Made by a program: the position numbers and the translations under genes
NCBI RefSeq assembly: GCF_011386835.1
Contig: NC_088803.1
Coordinates: 186,001 to 250,000 of the forward strand
DNA: 64,000 nt
Source of the DNA: Chrysemys picta bellii
Lineage: Eukaryota
Reading direction: 5' to 3'
The notes under the pieces: model-generated
Seen by the model: the letters and a program-made list of their open reading frames with translations, nothing else
Database searches by the model: none
Told to the model about the DNA's origin: nothing
Part shown: in pieces, positions 19,956-32,782 of the stretch
How positions within the stretch are numbered: position 1 is the first letter of the stretch
Layout: each line of letters opens with the position of its first letter

Positions 19956-22718
19956 CTCTAATCCAGTAGACCCCACTCCTCCCCCAGAGCTGAGGATAGA
20001 ACCCAGGGGTCCCAGCTCCCAGCCCTTGCTTGACCTCTTAGATTTTACCCCCCCCCCCCAAGTTTTGGAGGTTTTGTCTGCGTGGGGGTGAGAAGCTTGA
20101 ATAGGTGACTGGTTTATTGGCAGGTGGGACATTACTAGTTCCTTAGGGGTCACTCTAGTCCATCAATGACTGGTGGGAATGCAATGAGAGTTCGACAGTG
20201 GAACAGCCCGAATGGAACCTACTGGGCGTGTTGTGTCACTTCTTACACCAGCTGGCTTGTGCAGTCTCTCCTGAGAGCGGATTCTGCTTCTGTTTCTTCC
20301 ACGTGCCTCATCACACTCCTGCTGCTACTTTTAATTAGATCCTGAACAACTTGTTCTGCAGGCAGCATCAGCCCAGCTCGACTTCCTTTGAAAGCTTGTA
20401 ATGGGACCCAGAGGAATTGATTAGAAGGATGCAAACTTGTGCTGGAGACTTTGCAATGGCATGAAACAGAGATAAGGGGCCAGATCCCTAATGAGTGTAA
20501 GTCAGACATAACTCCACTGGAGTCAGTGGGGTCCAGGCCCCCATGTAGTGTAAATCACCCATGGCTCCATGAGGGTCAATGGGACAGATTCCCAGCTGCA
20601 TTAAGTTACCCACTCATTCATGCACCAAGGGTTTAGACCTGTCAACCTGGGAATGGCCAGGCCAGATCAGACTGGGGCCCATCCAGCCCAGTTTTCTGTC
20701 TTGACAGTGCCTGGTACCAGCAATGGAAACTGCCTCGAGGGAAGCCCCCCCCCCCATCTGTTAGTGCTGGGTTTATGCTCAGAACCTGGAGCGTTTATGG
20801 CCCTTCCAAACTGTAATGCAACGCTGGATGTTCTCCTTAGCCATCTTGTTAAGTGAGATGTGTTAAGCAGAGGCAGAGGTCAGAACAGATTAGATGAGCC
20901 TTAAGAGACTGCTAAACCAACCCCCTGCAGACAAATGGGGTATTTGAGCCCACCCAGCAGTTTAGACTTTGTGGGTAAAGAGCACCAAGGGCTTTGTTGT
21001 TGTAGGTTTGTGGTACAACATAAGCAAAGGGACACAGGGCTAGAGAGACAGCAGCAAGGGAGAAGGTGAGCCAACCAGCCCGCTGAAAGAGGTTGGTGTC
21101 AGGAGCAAAGAAGCTTTCCCTGTTTTTTGCTTCTCTCATGTGTCTAGAGAAGCAGGACTGTACACCCCTTGTAAATAAACATGAGTCCATCAGCAAAAAT
21201 ACCAGAGTCCTTTGTCAATTTTTGCTCCCAGCTGGAACACCCCCAGCTCCCCAAAGTTGGACTAGCTGCTATGTCAAAAGGGATAACGATATAAATGTGG
21301 CACTGTATGAAGCCCTGCTCACTGGCGCTGGGCAAGACTTGGGATTTCCATGCCATGGGAAAACTGGACATTTTGAAATTTGTTTTCAGTGTGAAATCAG
21401 AACGAAAAACAACAAAAGTTCAAGCTTTCCCACTTTCAGGTCAATAAAAATGGTCTGTTTTGATTTCAGTTTTAAACATTGTAGGTTACGATTGATACTA
21501 TAATGTACAATGAAGTACATTTTGAAATAAAATGAAACATCAAAAGGTTTCATTCTGATAAGGTCAGAATGAAATATTTTGACTTTCTCAAAATGCTTTC
21601 TCGCCCCCAGCCTGCCCCTCAAAATTGACACTTTCCCATGAAAAGTTTCAAATTCAACAAAATGTCCTTTTTTGACGGAAAATGTTCAGGTGGAGAATGT
21701 TTGACCTGCTGCATTGCGAACTCTCAGTGGTACCATGAGGTATTGAGTTCCTGTAGCTAAATATTTCTTGTGATTACAGGTAGAGACAGGCTAGCACCTG
21801 AATATTTTTGCTGAAAAATGCAGATTTGGATTGACCGAAACATTTCACGCATAAGAATAAGAAACATAAGAGTGGCTGTAATGGGTCGGACCAAAGGCCC
21901 ATCTAGCCCAGTAGCCTGTCTTCAGACAGTGGCCAATGCCAGATGCTTCAGGAGGAATGAACAGAACAGGGCAAATTATTAGGTGATTCATCCTCTGTTG
22001 TCCAATCCCAGCATCTGGCAGTCACAGACTTAGCCATTGATGGACCTATCCTCTGTGAACTCCACTATGAACATCCACCATGCATTCATGTCTATTTTGC
22101 TGAATTATTTTGATAGGGAAAAATATTCTGAAAAAATAAAAGTTTCATTTTGACATTTTAAAAGTAAAAATGTTTTGATTTGAGATAATTTTTTTGTTTC
22201 AAAGTTTACTTTGATTTTATTATTTTTTTTAAAAGCTAAAAAAACAAACAAAAAAATTCAGTTTCAGAGTGAAGGAGACATTTCATTCTACCCAAAATTA
22301 TCCCTCCCCTTCCCCCCCCCTACATAATTGTTTGGAACTGCCAGAGAACCAAAAATAAATTAATTTTGTTAGCTCTGGTAAGCAGCACTCAAGCTTAACC
22401 CCCTAACCCCGTCCTCCAATGGGCCAGTTAGCTGGACTATAAGCCACCACTTAACTTGAGCTAGAAATTGGTGAGTGTGTATAGGAGCTGGGTTAGGGGC
22501 AATACTCAAGTTACACCATGAGCGATCACGGCGGTGAAGACAATCCCGAAAGATGGACAGATCACCACCCATCACTGTTTTATCTGGGTGAGAAGAGATA
22601 AATATTCATAGAGTCCTAGATACAAAGGCCAGAAGAGACCACTGTGATCATCTAGTCTGGCCTCCTGCATGACACAGGCCAGAGAACTGCCCCAAAAACG
22701 ATTCCTCGGGACTCAGGG

Positions 22719-23654
22719 TCATTTGTTTCTGGAATTGACCTGCCTCGCCTGCAGTTTGTGCAGTGCCTGCAGCATGTCCTCGTTCCTCAGGGTGTAGATG
22801 ATGGGGTTAAGCAGTGGAGTGACAGCCGTGAAGAACACTGACACCACCTTGTCTGCGGCCAGGCTCTTAGCTGGCCTGAGGTAGATGAAGATACAGTGGC
22901 CCAGGAAGAGCGTCACCACCGTCAGGTGGGCGGCGCAGGTGGAGAGCGCCTTGCGCCGCCCCTCGGAGAAGTGGTTTCTCAGGGAGACGAGGATAACCGC
23001 GTAGGAGACCACCAGCACCACGAAGCAGACCACGGAGATGAGACCTGAGTTGGAGACGATGAGCACCTCAAAGACATAGGTGTCAGCGCAGGCCAGCTTG
23101 AGGACCAACGGGACGTCGCAGAAGAAGTTGTCAATGGCATTGGGGCCACAGTATGGGAGGTTTAGGGTCAGCGCAGTCAGGGCCACGGAGTGGACCAGCC
23201 CACCCAGCCACATGGCTGCGGCCAGCTTCAGGCAGAACCCGCGGCTCATGATGGTGCCATAGCGCATGGGGTTACAGATGGCTGCGTAGCGGTCGTAGGC
23301 CATGATGGTGAGGAGGAAGATCTCGGTGCAGGCGAAGAGGTGGAGGAAGAACATCTGGGCGATGCATTCGCCAAAGGAGATGGTCTTCCTCTCCACTAGG
23401 AAGTCAGCCAGCATCTTGGGCATCACCACGGAGGAGTGGCAGACGTCAATGAAAGAGAGGTTGCTGAGGAAAAAGTACATGGGGGTGTGCAGGCCTTGGT
23501 CATAGACGATGGTGAAGACAATGAGCGTGTTCCCCAGCAGGATCAACATGTAGATGACTGTGAAGAAGGCGAACAGGACCAGCTCCAGGGCGTGATTGGT
23601 GCTCAGGCCAGAAAGGATGAACTCATTCACCCTGCTCTCATTCCACACCACCAT
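22719..23654 (-). CDS. Olfactory receptor, OR4E1-like paralog (311 aa, intact)
   Basis: MVVWNESRVNEF..., LHTPMYFFLSNLS, MAYDRYAAICNP, NSGLISVVCFVVLVVSYAVILVSL, KALSTCAAHLTVVTLFLGHCIFIY, PLLNPIIYTLRN. An in-frame upstream ATG at 23693 may be intronic. Confidence 0.9.
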   Translation of the reverse strand: MVVWNESRVNEFILSGLSTNHALELVLFAFFTVIYMLILLGNTLIVFTIVYDQGLHTPMYFFLSNLSFIDVCHSSVVMPKMLADFLVERKTISFGECIAQMFFLHLFACTEIFLLTIMAYDRYAAICNPMRYGTIMSRGFCLKLAAAMWLGGLVHSVALTALTLNLPYCGPNAIDNFFCDVPLVLKLACADTYVFEVLIVSNSGLISVVCFVVLVVSYAVILVSLRNHFSEGRRKALSTCAAHLTVVTLFLGHCIFIYLRPAKSLAADKVVSVFFTAVTPLLNPIIYTLRNEDMLQALHKLQARQVNSRNK

Positions 23655-25749
23655 GTTCTGTCTTGGGTTTATTGCCCTTGGAAGAACGGACATGATGGGA
23701 GAGGCAGGTGGTTAGTTGTGGGATAGATGTTGCAAGAAGTGATAGCAGTTATTTGGTACCAACATTTTGAAGCCCTGTGCACGAGGAGAGCCAGGAAAAA
23801 TGTGCAGAATACATGCATGAGGAGAACCATGCAACACCTGGAAAGCTGGTCAAAACTTGGGAATTTCTGTTCCACAGGAAAATTCCAGGGTTTAAAAAAA
23901 AAAAAAAGTTCTCATTCTGATTTGGCATAAAAACTTGAAAATTCAAAATTTCCTGCAGAAATGAAATTGTGAAATTTAACATTTCGGAAAAATCAAACTG
24001 TTTCTGTTTTACTTTTTTTAAAGATGAAATGGAGCATCTGGCTGCCCTGACTCCCAGGGATTTCTTATGTTGCCCTGACCCCTGGGGTCTCCCGGGGCTC
24101 CCCCCAACTCTGGGAGACTCAAGACTCTGCCCCTGACTCCAGCTTTAAAATCTGTTCAAGAGGAAAGAAGAACAAAATTCCATGCAATAAGAGAGCCCTG
24201 CAGAACGCATGCAAAGGAGAGCTATGAAGAATGCATGTGATGGGAAAGCCATGCAAAAATCCATGCCACAAGAGAACTGTTGAAAATACATGCAAGGGAA
24301 GAGATGTGCAAAACGCACGCGGTGGGATAGCCGGGCAGAGCGGTAAATAGATCAAGCTCTGTTCCAGGCCCATTGGGCTGCTTGAGCCGAGTCCCAGTTC
24401 TGTCCCTGCTCCCTCACACATGCTCTGGGGGTAGGGACACTCTACAAGGGCATGACAGCATTCGATCCCCGCTTGGTTGGGTCCTGTAGGGGCCTAAATG
24501 CTGGCCACCGTCTTGGCTAGCTAACCAGGGATTGACCTGTGGACCTTCATGGTTAATAGCATGGGCTGCTACACCTTGAGCGAGCCAGGCTTCACTCACT
24601 GCTGCTGGCACAGACCCATATCCCCAGCAAATGGGGCTCAGCGGGGGCATAGAAGGCCCCAGCCTACTGCAAATAATAAGGGCTGTTCAAGCATTTCCCT
24701 GCGCAAAGAGTTTTAAATGAACAATTCACTTTTGTTCAGAAAACTTTGTTCAGTTTTTGATTTTTTTAATTTTACAAAAATATTTTTAACACCCTCTCCC
24801 CTATTTCCCTCCATTCCCTGCATTTTTCCAATAGGAAAATGTCAAAAGGCAGTAACAGGTGACAGATATTAGTTGTGTCACTTAATGGAGATCTGGAAGA
24901 AGTTTGGTTACAATGCCAATGACAGCCAGGTATAACTTGGAGAACAGAAGAGAAAAGAGAAAATTATAATATAAGAGGAAATTAGGAGAGAAGAGAAAAC
25001 ACTGATAACTTTTCATTGACAGTGACATTTTTTTCCATTAATTTTTTTATAAAATAAATCAGAAGTGTTTGAACTTTTCCACACAATCCTTTTCCTAGAC
25101 GTTTAGGCCAGAAGGGACCATTATGATAATCTAACCTAACCTTCTCCATCACACGGACCAGAGAATGTCACCCAATAATTTCTGCATCAAGCCCTTAACC
25201 TCTGTTTGAGCTAGAGGGAGTCTATAGGAAAGTCCTCTAGCCTTGATTTACAGACTTCAAGTGATGGAGAATCTACCAAGTCTCTGTGTAGGTTGTTCCA
25301 CTCACTGTTCAAACTTTGTGCCTCGTATCTAGTCTGATTTTTTGGTAGCTTCAATTGGATCTCATGCCCTTTGCTGCTCAATTTCAGAGCTGTCTGCTGC
25401 CAGAAGACTTTTGCACATGTAGGTATATCTATCCAACGTAGACGTGTCCTAAGCATGGAGGGAGCAGAGAGACACGGTTATGAGAGGAAATGGAAGGAGG
25501 TGATTCAGGGGCTGTAAGCCAGGAGATAGCAGCTGTCACACACACAGACATGCGCTCCTTCCAGCAGAGGCAGCAGACAGACAGACATTACAGAGAGATA
25601 GATGGGGCAGCTTTCTCTCTCTCATACACATCGGCATTCTGAGCAGGACTCATTCAGTCAGTAGGGGACAGACAGACAGACACACTCTAATCTTCCCTCA
25701 AAGAGAGGTGCTAGCATAAACCAAATTTAGTTAAGTTACTTGACCAGGT

Positions 25750-28700
25750 TACCTGGGGAGGTGTGGAATCCTCAAGTATAATTACGCATGCCAAAAAAGA
25801 ATTTGAAGAGCAATTAGCAAAAGACAAACTGGCAGCACAATGTTTTTTTAAGTACATCAGAAGCAGGAAGCCTGACAAACAATCAGTGGGGCCACTGGAC
25901 CATCCAGGTGCTAAAGGAACACTCGAGGAAGACAAGACCATTCCAGGGAAGCTCAGTGAATTCTTTGCATCAGTCTTTACTGCAGAGGATGTGAGGGAGA
26001 TTCCCACACCTGAACCATTCTTTTTAGGTGACAAAACTGAGGAACTGTCCCAGATTCAGGGTCATTAGAGGACGTTTTGGAACAAACTGATAATTTAAAC
26101 AGTAATAAATCACTAGGACCAGATGGTATCACCCAACAGTTCTGAAGGGAATCAAATATGAGATTGCAGAACTATTAACAGTGGCATGTAACCTGTTATT
26201 TAAATCAGCCTCCATATCAGACGACTGAAGGGTAGCTAATATAATACCAATTTTTTAAAGAGGCTCCAGAGGCATAAGAACGGCCGTACCGGGTCAGACC
26301 AAAGGTCCATCCAGCCCAGTATCCTGTCTACTGGCAATGGCCAATGCCAGGTGCCCCAGAGGGAGTGAACCTAAAAGGTAATGATCAAGGGATCTCTCTC
26401 CTGTCATCCATCTCCATGGACAGACAAACAGAGGCTAGGGACACCATTCCTTACCCATCGTGGCTAATACCCATTAATGGACTTAACCTCCATGAATTTA
26501 TCCAGTTCTCTTTTAAACGCTGTTATAGTCCTAGCCTTCACAACCTCCTCAGGCAAGGAGTTCCACAAGTTGACTGTGCACCGTGTGAAGAAGAATTTCC
26601 TTTTATTTGTTTTAATTTAATTTTATCTGCCCATTAATTTCATTTGGTGGCTCCTAGTTCTTGTATTATGGGAATAAGTAAATAACTTTTCCTTATCTAC
26701 TTTCTCCACATCACTCATGATTTTATAGACCTCTATCATATCCCTCCGTAGTCTCCTCTTTTCCAAGCTGAAAAGTCCTAGCCTCTTTCATCTCTCCTCA
26801 TATGGGACCGGTTCCAAACCCTTAATCATTTTAGTTGCCCTTCTCTGAACCTTTTCTAGTGCCAGTATATCTCTTTTGAGATGAGGAGACCACATCTGTA
26901 CGCAGTAATCAAGATGTGGGCGTACCATGGATTTATATAAGGGCAATAATATATTCTCCATCTTATTCTCTATCCCCTTTTTAATGGTTCCTAACATCCT
27001 GTTTGCTTTTTTGACCGCCTCTGCACACTGCGTGGACATCTTCAGAGAACTATCCATGAGGACTCCAAGATCTTTTTCCTGATTCGTTGTAGCTAAATTA
27101 GCCCCCATCATATTGTATGTATAGTTGGGGTTATTTTTTCCAATGTGCATTACTTTACATTTATCCACTTTAAATTTCATTTGCCATTTTGTTTCCCGAT
27201 CACTTAGTTTTGTGAGATCTTTTTGAAGTTCTTCACAGTCTGCTTTGGTCTTAACTAGCTTGAGCAGTTTAGTATCATCCACAAACTTTGCCACCTCACT
27301 TTTTACCCCTTTCTCCAGATCATTTAGGAATAAGTTGAATAGGATTAACCACTAGTTACCCCTCTCCATTCTGAGAATTTACTATTTATTCCTACCCTTT
27401 GTTCCCTGTCTTTTAACCAGTTCTCAGTCTGTGAAAGGACCTTCCCTTTTATCTCATGACAACTTAATTTACATAAGAGCCTTTGGTGAGGGACCTTGTC
27501 AAAGGCTTTCTGGAAATTTAAGTATACTACGTCCACCGGATCCCCCTTGTCCACATGTTTGTTGACCCCTTCAAAGAACTCTAATAGATTAGTAAGACAT
27601 GATTTCCCTTTACAGAAACCATGTTGACTTTTGCCCAACAATTTATGTTCTTCTATGTGTCTGACAATTTTATTCTTTACTATTGTTTCAACTAATTTGC
27701 CCGGTACTGACGTTAGACTTACCGGTCTGTAATTGCCGGGATCACCTCTAGAGCCCTTTTTAAATATTGACGTTACATTAGCTAACTTCCAGTCATTGGG
27801 TACTGAAGCCCATTTAAAGGACAGGTTACAAACCTTAGTTAACAGTTCCGCAACTTCACATTTGAGTTCTTTCAGAACTCTTGGGTGAATGCCATCTGGT
27901 CCCGGTGACTTGTTACTGTTAAGTTTATCAATTAATTCCAAAACCTCCTCTCGTGACACTTCAATCCGTGACAGTTCCTCAGATTTGTCACCTACAAAAG
28001 CCAGCTCAGGTTTGGAAATCTCCCTAACATCCTCAGCCGTGAAGACTGAAGCAAAGAATCCATTTAGTTGCTCCGCAATGACTTTATCGTCTTTAAGCGC
28101 TCCTTTTGTATCTCGATCATCCAGGGGCCCCACTGGTAGTTTAGCAGGCTTCCTGCTTCTGAGTACTTAAAAAACATTTTGTTATTACCTTTTGCATTTT
28201 TGGCTAACCGTTCTTCAAACTCCTCTTTGGCTTTTCTTCTTACATTTTTACACTTAATTTGGCAGTGTTTATGCTCCTTTCTGTTTACCACACTAGGATT
28301 TGACTTCCACTTTTTAAAAGATGCCTTTATATCTCACTGCTTCTTTTACATGGTTGTTAAGCCACAGTGGCAATTACAAGCAGGTACGCCTAACTTTAAT
28401 GCCACTCAAACTGAGTGAGGCTATAGTAAAGAACAGAATTAATCAGACACACAGATGAACATGATATAGTGGGGAAGAGTCAACATGGCTTTTGTAAAGG
28501 GAAATCATGCCTCACCAATCTATTAGAATTCTTTGCGGGTGACAACAAGCATGTGGACAAGAATGATCCAGTTGATATAGTGAACTTGGACTTTCAGAAA
28601 AACTTTGACAAGGTCCCACACCAAAACTCTTAAGCAAAGTAAGCTGTCATGGAATAAGAGGGAAAGTCCTCTCATGGATCAGTAACTGGTTAAAAAAAAT

Positions 28701-29800
28701 AGGAAAGAAAGGGTAGGAATAAATGGTCAATTTTCACAATGAAGAGAGGTAAATAGCAGGGTCTCCCAAGGATCTGTACTGGGAACTGTGTTATTTAACA
28801 TTCATAAATGATCTGGAAAAGGGGCTGAACAGCGAGGTGGCAAAATTTGCAGATGGTACAAAATTACTCAAGATAGCGTAGTCCGAAGCAGACTTCAAAG
28901 AGTTACAAAGGGATCTCACAAAACTGGGTGACTGGGCAACAAAATGGCAGATGAAATTTAATGTTGATAAATGCAAAGTAATGCAGGTTGGAAAACATAA
29001 TCCCAACTATACATACAAAATGATGGGTCTATATTAGCTGTTACCTCTCAAGAAAGAGATCTTGGAGTTTTCATGGATAGTTCTCGGAAAACGTTTGCTC
29101 AATGTATAGCAGCAGTCAAAAAAACTATCAGAGTGTTCGGAACCATTAGGGTAGGGATAGATAAGACAGAAAATATCATATTGCCTCTATATAAATCCAA
29201 GGTATGCCTACACCAAGAATACTGTGTGCATTTCTGGTCACCCCATCCTGAAAAAGACATACTATAATTGGAAAAGATGTAGAGTAGGGCAACAAAAATG
29301 ACTAGGGGTATGGAACAGCTTCCATATGAGGAGAGATTAAGAAGACTGGGACTTTTCAGCTTGGAAAAGAAATGACTAAAGGGGGATATGATAGAAGTCT
29401 ATAAAATCATAAATGGTGTGGTGAAAGTGAATAAGAAAGTGTTATTTACTCCTTCACATAACACATTAACCAGGGGTCACCCAATGAAATTAATAGGCAC
29501 ACAACCTGTGGAACTCATTGCCAGGGGATGTTGTGAAGGCCAAAAGTATAACTGTGTTAAAAAAAAGAATTAGCTATGTTCATGGAGGTTAGGTCCATGA
29601 ACTGCTATTAGCCAAGACAGTAAAGGATACAACCCCATGCTCAGGGTGTCCCTAAACCTCTGACTGCTGGAAGATGGGATTGGACAACAGGGGATGGATC
29701 ATTGGGTAATTGCCCTGCTCCGTTTACTCCCTCTAACACATCTGGCATTGGCCACTCTCGGAAGACAGGATACTGGGCTAGACCATTGATCTGACCCAGT
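25750..29800 (+). mobile_element. Old CR1 ORF2/3' fragment, split by a younger antisense CR1 (pieces about 25750-26272 and 28375-29800)
   Basis: The left piece ends at ...AAAGAGGCTCCAGAGG (the KGSRG position) and the right piece resumes at GGCAATTACAAGCAGGTACGCCTAAC (the GNYRPVSLT position). Confidence 0.8.
26273..28370 (-). mobile_element. CR1 LINE 3' part (about 2.1 kb, RT domain with internal deletion)
   Basis: ORFs 27345-28133 ([42 protein letters not shown]) and 26788-27294 (KFVDDTKL). The 3' end CATAAGAACGGCC is at the left. Confidence 0.9.
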
Positions 29801-31134
29801 AGGGCCATTTTTATGTTAATCCCCATTTTTTGAGGTTTTTTTTTTTTTTTTTTTAAGAATACGTTGGACAAACACCTGGCAGGGTTGGTTTTGCTTGGTC
29901 CTGTCTCAGTGTGGGGGGAAATGGACTAGATCATTTCTCACGGTCCCTTCCAGCCCCAAATTGGTACATTTAATAAGATCATAGCAATCTTCTTTGTATA
30001 AGTCTCTAATAAAGGTGAAACAAGCAGTCAAAAAATATGAAATCCCAAAGTAGCCAAGGTTTTCTGAAGTTATAACAGAAATAGTAAAGCAACAAAAACC
30101 AAACAAAACTACCTTCTCCAACCAATCAAACCTAAATAGAAGCAGAAATATTTTTATAAAAATCCAAATTGAATAGAAAAAAAACACTTACTCTTGTTGT
30201 AGTTCCCAATGCTTAGGGCTCTCTGGACAATCATTGCATCTGGGCTAACTCCTAATACTTCACTTCTATGAACTAAGAAGTAAAAATTGGGACTTCTCTG
30301 TCTAAAGCAGAAGCAGCAGAATTGCCCTTTGTGCCTGTCTCGGATTATTTTAATTTATCAGAGAAATCAATTATAGTTTGTATTTAACAGGCAGTTTCTG
30401 TTTTGCTGCCAATAATATCAAAATCATTGGTGAGTAGGTTAACAATTTTGTTCCTGCTTTTAGGGTTCTGTAATAGACAGCTGGTGATTTACCAGTGGAA
30501 GCTTTTTAAAAAACAAGGTTTTTTGACTAATTTTCCAACAATCGTTGTTGTGCAAATAGGAACCTAATGGTACAATTTCTTGGTCTACTTCCTCAGAATG
30601 CAGTGACTCCTGTGCTAATTCTGTGTTGCTCTTCCTAGTCATTAATGCTCAATCTTCTTATAACAAAGAAGGATTTCTAGGTGAATTCTACCTGCAGGGG
30701 ATCCCCATAACTTCTAGCCCCAGAGATCCATAGCTGCTGCAGGGCAGTGTTCTCAACCCCAACTATATAACCTTTTGCACTGCTGTAAATTCATTGCAAT
30801 GTGACATCAATTTGTGCTGGTACCTAAGAAAAGTTTTGTACTCCAGGGACTTGATGTTGTCTGACTTGTGGCTGAGTTGCAAGGGGAGTTGTTAAGATGT
30901 CCAAAGTTTTTGAAGGTACAAACTTTGTGAGAGTTTAACAGCTGCCACTGGGATTGGAGTCCTAACGTTAGATCCACAGCTGGTGTTAATCAGAAGAACT
31001 CCATTGGAGTCAATGAGCCAGATCCCCAGCTGGTGTAAATTGGCCATTGCACCAATGGGGTCAATACAGCAGCATTGATTTACTGGAGAAGCTGAGGATC
31101 TGGACACTGGACATGTGTTTGTGAAATGGCCTTT

Positions 31135-32782
31135 AGAATCACAGAATCTCAGGGTGGGAAGGGACCTCAGGAGGTATCTAGTCCAACCCCCTGCTCAAAG
31201 CAGGACCAACCCCAACTAAATCACCCCAGCCAGGGCTTTGTCAAGCCTGACCTTAAAAACCTCTAAGGAAGGAGATTCCACCACCTCCCTAGGGAACCCA
31301 TTCCAGTGCTTCACCACCCTCCTAGTGACATAGTGTTTCCTAATATCCAACCTAAACCTCCCCCACTGCAACTTGAGACCATTACTCCTTGTTCGGTCAT
31401 CTGCCACCACTGAGAACAGTCTAGATCCATCCTCTTTGGAACCCCCTTTCAGGTAGTTGAAAGCAGCTATCAAATCCCCCCTCATTCTTCTCTTCTGCAG
31501 ACTAAACAATCCCAGTTCCCTCAGCCTCTCCTCATAAGTCATGTGCTCCAGCCCCCTAATCATTTTTGTTGCCCTCCGGTGGACTCTTTCCAATTTTTCC
31601 ACATCCTTCTTGTAGTGTGGGGCCCAAAACTGGACACAGTACTCCAGAAGAGGCCTCACCAATGTCGAATAGAGGGGAATGATCACGTCCCTCGATCTGC
31701 TGGCAGTGCCCCTACTTATACAGCACAAAATGCTGTTAGCCTTCTTGGCAACAAGGGCACACTATTGACTCATATCCCGCTTCTTGTCCACTGTAACCCC
31801 TAGGTCCTTTTCTGCAGAACTGCTGCCTAGCCACTCGGTCCCTAATCTGTAACAGTGAATGGGATTCTTCCATCCTAAGTGCAGGACTCTGCACTTGTCT
31901 TTGTTGAACCTCATCAGGTTTCTTTTGGCCCAATCCTCTAATTTGTCTAGGTCCTTCTGTATCCTATCCCTACCCTCCAGTGTATCTACCACTCCTCCCA
32001 GTTTAGTGTCATCTGAAAACTTGCTGAGAGTGCAGTCCACGCCATCCTCCAGATCATTAATGAAGCTATTGAACAAAACCGGCCCCACGACCGACCTTTG
32101 GGGCACTCCCTTGAAACCGGATGCCAACTAGACATGGAGCCGCTGGTCACTACCCGTTGAACCCGACAGTCTAGCCAGCTTTCTATCCACCTTATAGTCC
32201 ATTCATCCAGCCCATACTTCTTTAACTTGCCGGCAAGAATACTGTGGGAGACCGTATCAAAAGCTTTGCTAAAGTCAAGGAATAACACGTCCACTGCTTT
32301 CCCCTCATCCACAGGCCCAGTTATCTCCTCATAGAAGGCAATTAGGTTAGTCAGGCATGACTTGCCCTTAGTGAATCCATGCAGACTGTTCCTGATCACT
32401 TTCCTCTCCTCTAAGTGCTTCAGAATTGATTCCTTGAGGACCTGCTTCATGATTTTTCCAGGGACTGAGGTGAAGCTGACTGGCCTGTAGTTCCCTGGAT
32501 TCTCCTTCTTCCCTTTTTTAAAAAGATGGGCACTACATTAGCCTTTTTCCAGTCATCCAGGACCTCCCCCAATCGCCATGAGTTTTCAAAGATAATGGCC
32601 AATGGCTCTGCAATCACATCCGCCAACTCCTTTAGCACCCTCGGATGCAGCGCATCCGGCCCCATGGACTTGTGCTCATCCAGTTTTTCTAAATAGTCCC
32701 AAACCACTTCTTTCTCCACAGAGGGCGGATCACCTCCTCCCCATACTGTGCTGCCCAGCGCAACAGTCTGGGAGCTGACCTT
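31135..32782 (-). mobile_element. CR1 LINE 3' part; continues at 41597-41750 beyond the LTR/Tx1 insertion
   Basis: RT ORF fragments 31216-32719 and an AGAATCACAGAAT 3' end. The sequence breaks at GAGCTGACCTT and resumes as CCTTGTTCGTGAAGACAGAGGC at 41597. Confidence 0.9.
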
